Part shown: piece by piece, positions 29,636-38,837 of the stretch
How positions within the stretch are numbered: position 1 is the first letter of the stretch
Layout: each line of letters opens with the position of its first letter
NCBI GenBank assembly: GCA_963809845.1
Contig: CAWELO010000014.1
Coordinates: 157,307 to 221,306 of the forward strand
Source of the DNA: an uncultured Verrucomicrobiae bacterium
Lineage (GTDB): Bacteria > Verrucomicrobiota > Verrucomicrobiia > Limisphaerales > UBA8199
Direction of reading: 5' to 3'
Length of the DNA: 64,000 nt
Notes under the pieces: model-generated
Database searches by the model: none
The model's input: only the letters and a program-made list of their open reading frames with translations
Told to the model about the DNA's origin: nothing
Translations under genes and position numbers: made by a program

Positions 29636-29750
29636 TGAACGCAGTGAACCCTATGAGGCAGGCCGTTGGCCTGCAACCCTGAAGAACGGGCCATGAACCT
29701 AGGGCGCTGCCCTAGGCTGGTATGACTGACGCCGTTGGCGTCCAAAACCC
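29636..29750. repeat. REP-like triple-hairpin element, subfamily A
   Basis: CAGGCC-gtt-GGCCTG, CCTAGGGC-gct-GCCCTAGG and GACGCC-gtt-GGCGTC. Inverted copies lie at 37550-37672 and 47173-47298. Confidence 0.75.
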
Positions 29751-29909
29751 CCGGCGTGGTTGGTTCGGTCTCGCCTCCGAAGTGGACGCCGCGGCTTGCG
29801 TTCCGAGGCCCCTTCCTGGCGGCGGTACTGTGCCAGCGGCTTATTCGGAGGGGCGCGCTCCGGACTCCTAAAACCCTGTAAATCCTGTTCATCCTGTCTT
29901 CTCACCCGC

Positions 29910-31236
29910 TCAGGTCTTCGAGGCTTCGATGAATTTGATGATGGCGCGGACGTCGTGGTAGTTGCACTTCCAGTTGTGCGCTTTGGCGGTGTTTTTGGGT
30001 TTGCCATCCGCCGTGACGGTGTCGAGCCAGATGCCGTCGGCAGGGTTGGCCTGGTAGGTCAGGACGAAATTCAGGAGCTGGTCGAGGGCCTGGGAGTAGT
30101 CGGGGTTCGGCCGGTGCTGGAGCGCCTCAGTGAGGGCGGCCAGCATTTCCGCCTGCACCCACCACACCTTATCGGTGTCGGTCGCGGGTTGATCGTCGAA
30201 ACCCCGGCTGTACAGGCCGCCGCGGGTGTGGTCGAAACCATACTTCAGCGCGTGCTCCAAATGAGCATAGAAATGGCCCCAGGCGGGCGGTTGCCCCAGG
30301 ACGCGCTGGGCACGGATCATCAGCCAGGCAAATTCGACATTGTGCCCGTAGGAAACCCCGGCGCTCGACGGTTCGGTGACCGGCGTCCAATCCAGGTGCC
30401 GGTGGAACGCCGACTTGCCGGGGTCTTCGGGATAGAACCAGGTGGCGTTGATGCGCACTGCCTCTTCGAGCGACAGGCGGACCCCTGGATCCTTGGTCGC
30501 CTCGTAGAGTTCGGTGAGGGACTCGAGCAGGTGCAAGTGGGTGTTGGCGCTCTTGCACCCGGCGCGTTCGACGATGACCTCCGCCTTGGGATCCAGGATG
30601 GGCGTCCAGTCCCGTTGGAAATGTTCGAGCCAGCCGCCATGGTTCGGGTCATGGGCGCGCTTCTGCAAAACCTGGTACAGATCCATCGCGTGGCGCAGGG
30701 CGTCCTTGTCCCCGCTCGCCCGGTAGGTACTCGACCAGGCCGTAAATCGCGAAGGATTCACCATAAACAATCTTCCGCTGGTCCAGGGGCTTGCCGGTGA
30801 CGTCGGTTGTCCAATAGTAGCCGCCGTCCTTGGGATCCAGAAAATGATCCACCAGGAAACGGTAGCCTTGTTCGGCCGCTTTTAAATAGTCGCGATGGCT
30901 GCTGTTGAAGCCTTTCAGATACGCATGTGAGAACCCCCAAATCATGCGGGATTGGGTCACCAACTGTTTTTCGGTGGCCGGTGGCGAGGCCTTGGCGGCA
31001 TCGTCGGAGAGGAGGTAGCCGCCGTATTTTTGGTCGATGGCCGTGTCGTACCAATAGGGCAGGATTTTCTGCACCAACTGGGCATTTAATTCACGGGCAT
31101 ACTCGGAGCGCTCTTTGGCCAGAGCCTCCGCGGGCTGGTAAAACCCCAGCAGCAGGCAGGACAAACCGCACACGCCCCACCATCGCACGCCCGCGGCGAT
31201 GGTTTGATGGGGATAGAGCTTCGGCATCATGCCCAT
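29910..31236 (-). pseudogene. N-acylglucosamine 2-epimerase (AGE) superfamily (alpha/alpha)6-barrel protein, one frameshift at ~30727
   Basis: ORF 30649-31236 gives a signal/TM segment, then ILPYWYD...GGYLLS...QSRMIWGFSHAY...GGYYWTTD...IVYGESFAIYGLVEY. The protein continues in ORF 29910-30770 as YRASGDKDALRHAMDLYQ...HGGWLEHF...ANTHLHLLESLTELY...GHNVEFAWL. Confidence 0.75.
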
Positions 31237-31391
31237 GTGTTGCCCGAAAGGCGTGGCGGGCGCAATCTCGATCTTTTTTGGTACAACATTTGCTAATTCA
31301 AACCTGCGCGCAGGACTTCTCCCCCTGCGCGCCTGTTAACCGGGGCGGCGCGGATACTAAAAGCCCTGCCCCGCTTTCATAGCGGAGCCAC

Positions 31392-31427
31392 GGCGAACCG
31401 GCACGAATGCCGGCTCGCCCTTTTTTT
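31392..31427 (+). terminator. Intrinsic-terminator-like hairpin plus T7 run, with no upstream plus-strand gene
   Basis: GGCGA-a-CCGGC acgaat GCCGG-c-TCGCC c TTTTTTT. The flanking genes diverge from this spacer. Confidence 0.5.
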
Positions 31428-31429
31428 AA

Positions 31430-33654
<2,225 letters not shown>

Positions 33655-33776
33655 GCGGTGGCTCCGGTCGGGGCAGGATTCCACGCCCACCCAGGCCTGC
33701 CGCCGGGCGCGGCGCCCGCGCCGCGGGCGAGAAGCGGCGCCAATGCGCCTGTTGCCCGCCCGCTCGGGAAAGGTGG

Positions 33777-34199
33777 TTACTGTGTCTTCTGCTCGGCCGT
33801 GCCGGCGTTGGCGTTCGTCCCGCCTTGACGGTTCCGGCCTTGGGGACGCATCTTTTGCCACTGCGTGAACTGTTCGGGGGTGAGGATTTCCTTGAGCTTC
33901 TTGTTTTGTTCCTGCATCAAGGTGCGGCCCTTTTCACGCCGGTCCTCGCGGGAGAGGGCGGTATCGGCGCGCAATTCCTGGCGCTTTTTGGTTTCGGTTT
34001 CGAACAGCGTGGTGACTTTGGTTTTCTGTTCTTCGTTGAGTTTGAGTTCGGACGCCATGCGATCGACGCGCTGCTGGACGGTCATGCGGCGGCCGCCGCG
34101 GCCCGGGGCGTTGGTGCTTTGGGCGGAAGCGATGGTGGTGCAGGCCAGGAGACTGCCCAAGGCCAAGGCTGCGATCAGGCTGATTTTGCGTGTGCTCAT
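33777..34199 (-). CDS. Periplasmic Spy/CpxP-like LTXXQ-motif protein
   Basis: It has a signal peptide (LIAALALGSLLACTTIASA), LNEEQKTKV and LTPEQFTQWQ. Confidence 0.6.
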   Translation of the reverse strand: MSTRKISLIAALALGSLLACTTIASAQSTNAPGRGGRRMTVQQRVDRMASELKLNEEQKTKVTTLFETETKKRQELRADTALSREDRREKGRTLMQEQNKKLKEILTPEQFTQWQKMRPQGRNRQGGTNANAGTAEQKTQ

Positions 34200-34358
34200 A
34201 TAATGTAACTGCTTATAGTGGAAAACCTCTAGGACCCATCACCGGTTCTTCCCGGCCAGTCCGGTCTTCCTAATCCAACAGACGCGCAGCAGCGGATTTG
34301 GTTACAACCAACAATGGACGTGACATCAGGCGGCGGCCATGGGAGATTCTGGCGAATT

Positions 34359-34952
34359 ATGAAGATGTTGTTATCGATTTGTGCCTTTACTGTCGTATTG
34401 GGCCTGGCGACCGCCAGGGCTGAGGATTCGAAAAAGGAAAGCGCTTCCGCTGCGAAGGAAGTTGCCGTGATCAAGACCACCGAGGGTGAGATGGTCATCG
34501 AGTTTTGGCCGGATGTGGCGCCGAAGACCGTCGAAAACTTTAAGACGCTGGCGCGCAAGGGCTTTTACGACGGCACCTGCTTTCATCGCGTGATTAAGGG
34601 TTTTATGATTCAAGGTGGAGATCCGCTCACCAAGGATCCTGCCGCGGAGGGCCGTTGGGGCACCGGCGGTCCCGGTTACACCATCAAAGCTGAATTCAAC
34701 GATCACCATCATGACCGGGGGGTGATCTCGATGGCCCGCACCCAGGATCCCGACTCGGCCGGCAGCCAGTTCTTTATCTGTCACGGCAGCCCGCGACAGC
34801 TCGATCACCAGTACACCGCATTTGGCAAGGTGATCAAAGGCGATGATGTGCTCGAAAAGATCGCCACTACCCCCACCCATCCCCCCGACCGGCCTGACAA
34901 GCGCATGGGCATTGAATCCATCAAGATTGTGCCGGCGGATTCGATCAAGTAG
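34359..34952 (+). CDS. ppiA: Exported cyclophilin-type peptidyl-prolyl cis-trans isomerase
   Basis: Signal peptide starts at MKMLLSICAFTVVLGLATARA. Then FHRVIKGFMIQGGDP, ISMARTQDPDSAGSQFFI and YTAFGKV. Confidence 0.85.
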   Translation: MKMLLSICAFTVVLGLATARAEDSKKESASAAKEVAVIKTTEGEMVIEFWPDVAPKTVENFKTLARKGFYDGTCFHRVIKGFMIQGGDPLTKDPAAEGRWGTGGPGYTIKAEFNDHHHDRGVISMARTQDPDSAGSQFFICHGSPRQLDHQYTAFGKVIKGDDVLEKIATTPTHPPDRPDKRMGIESIKIVPADSIK

Positions 34953-35095
34953 GGTGCGCCCAACGCGGTTCTGCGGGATATCGAGCGGCTGCCGCCGCGC
35001 ATGAACTCGAATAACCACGAATCCCATCTGCCGCTCGACGCGATGACGCTTGAGCGGCTTGCGGCGGATTTGCGGTCGCAACGACAAGGAGATAT

Positions 35096-35623
35096 ATGAG
35101 CAACGGAAACAAAGAAGTGGCCGTGGTAAAAACCACCGCCGGGGAAATGGTCCTTGAATTATGGCCCGACGTGGCCCCCAAGACCGTCGAGAATTTCAAA
35201 ACCCTCGCGGAGAAGGGCTTTTATGATGGAACGGCGTTTCACCGGATCGTCAAGGGGTTCATGATCCAGGGCGGGGACCCGCTGACGAAGGATGCCGGCC
35301 AGGCGGATCGCTGGGGCACGGGCGGCCCGGGCCACACGGTGAAGGCCGAGTTCAATGACCGCTCGCACGAGCGGGGCGTGATCTCGATGGCGCGCTCGCA
35401 GGACCCCAACTCTGCCGGCAGCCAGTTTTTCATTTGCCTGGGCGATGCCGCGTTCCTGGATCGAAAGTACACGGCTTTTGGCAAACTGTTGCGCGGCGAC
35501 GATGTGCTGGCCAAAATCGGCGATACGCCGGTGGGGATGAGCAACGGCGGCGAGAAGAGCAAACCGCTTTCCCGCGTCGGCGTCGAGAGCATCCGCGTGG
35601 TGGTGTCCGATGCCTCCCACTGA
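35096..35623 (+). CDS. ppiB: Cytoplasmic cyclophilin-type peptidyl-prolyl cis-trans isomerase
   Basis: FHRIVKGFMIQGGDP, ISMARSQDPNSAGSQFFI and YTAFGKL. No signal peptide. Confidence 0.9.
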   Translation: MSNGNKEVAVVKTTAGEMVLELWPDVAPKTVENFKTLAEKGFYDGTAFHRIVKGFMIQGGDPLTKDAGQADRWGTGGPGHTVKAEFNDRSHERGVISMARSQDPNSAGSQFFICLGDAAFLDRKYTAFGKLLRGDDVLAKIGDTPVGMSNGGEKSKPLSRVGVESIRVVVSDASH

Positions 35624-35825
35624 TCCGCCTTTGGGGGAACTGGCGGCGGCGCTGGTGGCCCTGGGTTGCCCGGCGGCCAAAGCCCCCGAGATGGCCGCGC
35701 AGCTCGACAAACGGGCGAGGCAACTCGCCGAGCGGAAACAGCGTGGCTACGAGGAGGCCCTGGCCCATCTCCTCGGCCTCATGCGCCAGGGCTGGGCCGC
35801 GCAGGAAAAGGGCGCCGATGCTTAA
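35610..35825 (+). CDS. Small hypothetical protein (71 aa)
   Basis: The ORF overlaps the ppiB 3' end by 14 nt and the NUDIX gene start by 8 nt. It is supported only by this packing. Confidence 0.35.
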   Translation: MPPTDPPLGELAAALVALGCPAAKAPEMAAQLDKRARQLAERKQRGYEEALAHLLGLMRQGWAAQEKGADA

Positions 35826-36384
35826 ACCTTGGGAAAAAATTGGCTCCCGCCCGGCGGGTGACTTCAAAATATTTTCGATCCGCTCGGAGCGGCTGGTTTC
35901 ACCGCGCACCGGCCAGGCGCATGATTTCTTCGTCATCGATTGCGTCAACTGGGTCAACGTGATCGCCATAACCCCCGACCGACAGCTCGTGATGATCGAG
36001 CAGTACCGTCACGGCTCGGGCACGGTCGAGTTGGAAATACCCGGGGGCATGATCGATCCCACCGACGCCTCCCCTCAAGCGGCGGGCATCCGTGAGTTGC
36101 GGGAGGAAACCGGCTACGAAGGCGAAAGACCGCGGCTCATCGGCGAGGTTTTCCCCAACCCGGCCATCATGAGCAATACCTGCTTCACGTTGCTGGTCGA
36201 AAACTGCCGCTGCGTCCACCCGGTCGCCTTCGACCACGGGGAAGATTTGCTCACCCGCCTGGTTCCGCTGGCGGAGGTCCCGCGCCTGGTGGCGAGCGGA
36301 AAGATCCGTCACTGCCTGGTCGTGGCCGCGCTGTATTTTTTCGAACTCGGATCGCGAATCCCTGAACCGCCAAACGCGGTGTAA
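35818..36384 (+). CDS. NUDIX hydrolase (ADP-ribose pyrophosphatase-like)
   Basis: Start at MLKPWEKIGS. The Nudix box is GGMIDPTDASPQAAGIRELREETGY. Confidence 0.85.
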   Translation: MLKPWEKIGSRPAGDFKIFSIRSERLVSPRTGQAHDFFVIDCVNWVNVIAITPDRQLVMIEQYRHGSGTVELEIPGGMIDPTDASPQAAGIRELREETGYEGERPRLIGEVFPNPAIMSNTCFTLLVENCRCVHPVAFDHGEDLLTRLVPLAEVPRLVASGKIRHCLVVAALYFFELGSRIPEPPNAV

Positions 36385-36502
36385 GGGAGCCGGGTTTTGG
36401 GGGGCTGCGGCAGGGCGCTCCGGCCTCAGGCAGCGCCGGGAAGCTGCCAACTTACTCCGACCGCGGCATGCGCCCGCCCGGCGCAACGCCATACTCGGCC
36501 GC

Positions 36503-36784
36503 TTACGGTGCAGGGGCCCGGACCTTTTCCTTCTTTTCGTCAAAGTCCGCGCGCAGCGATTTGCGGTCGCTGACCAGTTGCTTTTCCAGTTGTTCCACCG
36601 CTTCGGCGTCCCCTTTGTCGATGGCCTTGACGATTTCGTCCTTCAGGAACAGTTCGCGTTCGGCGATGCGGGCGGCGCATTGGGATTCCAAATCGGCGAG
36701 CTTGGCTTTTTGGTCGTTGGTGAGCTTGACGGTGGGCGAACCCTTGCTGAGCCGCTCCATGGCTAATTCGTAGGCGCTTTTCAT
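36503..36784 (-). CDS. Hypothetical protein (93 aa, coiled-coil-like)
   Basis: MKSAYELAMERLSK... Its start overlaps the stop of the upstream TPR gene (36781-36784). Confidence 0.5.
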   Translation of the reverse strand: MKSAYELAMERLSKGSPTVKLTNDQKAKLADLESQCAARIAERELFLKDEIVKAIDKGDAEAVEQLEKQLVSDRKSLRADFDEKKEKVRAPAP

Positions 36785-37224
36785 TTCTTTTTCCAGGGCA
36801 TGTCGGGGAATTTCGAGGGGATCTTTACCGGCTGCGGCTTGGGCTTGGCCAGGCTGAGTTCCGGGTCTTCGGCGGCCGGGGCCAGGCCGGACTTGGCCTG
36901 CTGGGCGTCGGCGCGCCAGGAAGCGACGCGCGCTTGCAGCCCGTGGTGCTCCGCGGTCACCTTGTCGCCGGCCTTCATATAAAACAGCGACAGATTGGTA
37001 TGAACGAGTTGCTCGTGAGGCTTCAGTCGCTCGGCTTTGTGGCCCTCGCGGATGGCGGCGGCGTAGTCCCCCTTGCGGTAATAGGCCATGCCCAACGCCA
37101 GTTGCGCCTCAAAATGGTCCGCATCCGCGCCTACGATCGCGCCAAGCTTTTCAATGGCGCTGTCGTAGTCGCCCGTGCTGAAGGCGAACATCGCGTCGTC
37201 GTACTGGTCTTGCAAGTCCGGCAT
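36781..37224 (-). CDS. TPR-repeat protein
   Basis: FEAQLALGMAYYRKGDYAAAIREGHKAERLKPHEQLVHTNLSLFYMKAGD. Confidence 0.7.
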   Translation of the reverse strand: MPDLQDQYDDAMFAFSTGDYDSAIEKLGAIVGADADHFEAQLALGMAYYRKGDYAAAIREGHKAERLKPHEQLVHTNLSLFYMKAGDKVTAEHHGLQARVASWRADAQQAKSGLAPAAEDPELSLAKPKPQPVKIPSKFPDMPWKKK

Positions 37225-37285
37225 GGTTTGTTAAAGACAGGGTTAAGATAGGGGATGGGGGGTGGGGGGGCAAGGGGAGGCGTTG

Positions 37286-37451
37286 GGCGTAAGGACGTAA
37301 AACGTAATGACGTAAAACGTAACAACGTAACAACGGAATGACGTGATGACGTGATGACGTGATGACGTGATGACGGAATGACGTGATGACGGAATGACGC
37401 GATGACGGAATGACGTGATAACGTAACAACGTAATACGTAACGACGTAAGG
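37286..37451. repeat. Direct array of about 20 ACGT-core octamers (core run GTGATGAC / GGAATGAC)
   Basis: ...acgtaaaacgtaatgacgtaaaacgtaacaacgtaacaac ggaatgac gtgatgac gtgatgac gtgatgac gtgatgac ggaatgac gtgatgac ggaatgac gcgatgac ggaatgac gtgataac gtaacaac gtaatac gtaacgac gtaagggg. Confidence 0.8.
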
Positions 37452-37549
37452 GGAGATGCCGGGGGGGAGAAGCGTGAGGAGTAAGCGAGAGGGGGGAGGA
37501 ACGGGAGGGCAGGACAGAGTTCTTCTGGGGCGAGGCCGGACCAACCCCG

Positions 37550-37672
37550 CCGGAGTTTTGAGACGCCAAAGGCGTCGGTCATACCAGCCCAGGGCACACG
37601 CCCTGGGTTCGTGGCCGGGCCCTTGGGGTTGCAGGCCAACGGCCTGCCTCATAAGGTGTGCGCGGTTCATTT
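37550..37672. repeat. REP-like triple-hairpin element, subfamily A (inverted relative to 29636-29750)
   Basis: GACGCC-aaa-GGCGTC, CCAGGGC-acac-GCCCTGG and CAGGCC-aac-GGCCTG. Confidence 0.75.
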
Positions 37673-37885
37673 GGCCTGAACGGCCGGGTGCCCAGCCTAC
37701 GGAGTTGCCTGCAGCGGTGGGCTTAAGGGCCGTGGATATAGGGGCAAAGATCCAGGAATCGCCCAAACCCTCGGAGGCCTGCGGCCTGCGAAGAGATGCA
37801 TCCCGCATCCAAGGAACGGCAGCGGTAAAGAAAGAGCTTCACATGGGGGCTGGAAGATGTATAATAAAAGCAATTAAGCCCTTTT

Positions 37886-38797
37886 ATGAACACGAACTCG
37901 CGAGAGCTCAGTTGCGTGGAAAGAACCCACGCCTTCACCCTCATCGAATTATTGGTCGTCATTGCCATCATCGCCATCCTGGCGTCGATGTTGCTGCCGG
38001 CCTTGAGCAGGGCCAAAGCCAAGGCGCAGGGCATCGGCTGCATTAATAACAACAAGCAGCTTTGCCTGGCGTGGCATATGTACTCGACGGACAATTCCGA
38101 TCAAGTCGCGAATAATTTTGGAGTCGGTGAGACCACCACGGCCATCAACAACGGGAAGCTGAACAACTGGGTGAATAACGTTATGACCTGGGGGGCCGGT
38201 AATAATGTGGATGACCGGAGCAATACCAACCCCACTTGGGTTGCGAATGGGGTGCTGGGGAAATACACGGCCGGGGCGATCGGGGTTTACAAATGCCCCG
38301 CAGACAATTACCTGAGCCCTGCTCAGCGGCAGGCGGGTTTTACCCGGCGGAACCGGAGTCTTTCGATGAACTCGATATTCGGACTTTTCAGCAGCGATGC
38401 GGAGTCGGGCGACACCACCTACCAGGGTAAGAATTGGGGGTTTTCACAGTATGCCCAGTATCTTAAACAGGCTTCCGTCTTAAGGCCGGCGAAGACCTGG
38501 TTGTTCCTGGATGAACATCCCGATTCGATTAACGACGGCTACTTCATCAATAACCCTGCCGCTACTTCGTGGCAGGACACTCCGGCCTCGTATCATGGCG
38601 GGGCGTGCGGGTTTTCGTTCGCGGACGGTCACGCGGAGATTCGGAAGTGGCTGAGCAGGACCTCGAACTATCTGGTGCAATACAGCTACGGCAACCGGAT
38701 GAACTTCGATGCCGCCGGAAAACTGGACTTTCAGTGGTACCTGGAGCGGACGGGCTACGTGACCGCTGCCGGCGGGATACCGCAGTTTGGGTATTAG
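37886..38797 (+). CDS. Prepilin-type N-terminal cleavage/methylation-domain protein (type II secretion / pseudopilin-like, DUF1559-like)
   Basis: [44 protein letters not shown], followed near the C-terminus by [15 protein letters not shown]. Confidence 0.85.
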   Translation: MNTNSRELSCVERTHAFTLIELLVVIAIIAILASMLLPALSRAKAKAQGIGCINNNKQLCLAWHMYSTDNSDQVANNFGVGETTTAINNGKLNNWVNNVMTWGAGNNVDDRSNTNPTWVANGVLGKYTAGAIGVYKCPADNYLSPAQRQAGFTRRNRSLSMNSIFGLFSSDAESGDTTYQGKNWGFSQYAQYLKQASVLRPAKTWLFLDEHPDSINDGYFINNPAATSWQDTPASYHGGACGFSFADGHAEIRKWLSRTSNYLVQYSYGNRMNFDAAGKLDFQWYLERTGYVTAAGGIPQFGY

Positions 38798-38837
38798 GCG
38801 AATGAGGCTCGGCCTCGGCCCGCCGTGCGTTGTGGGG

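Noticed and set aside
37131-37808. 225-aa minus-strand ORF with the HVITSSRH-type peptide repeat
   Set aside because: The periodic peptide is simply the 8-bp ACGT octamer array read in frame. The ORF also spans a REP element and G tracts. It is not a gene.
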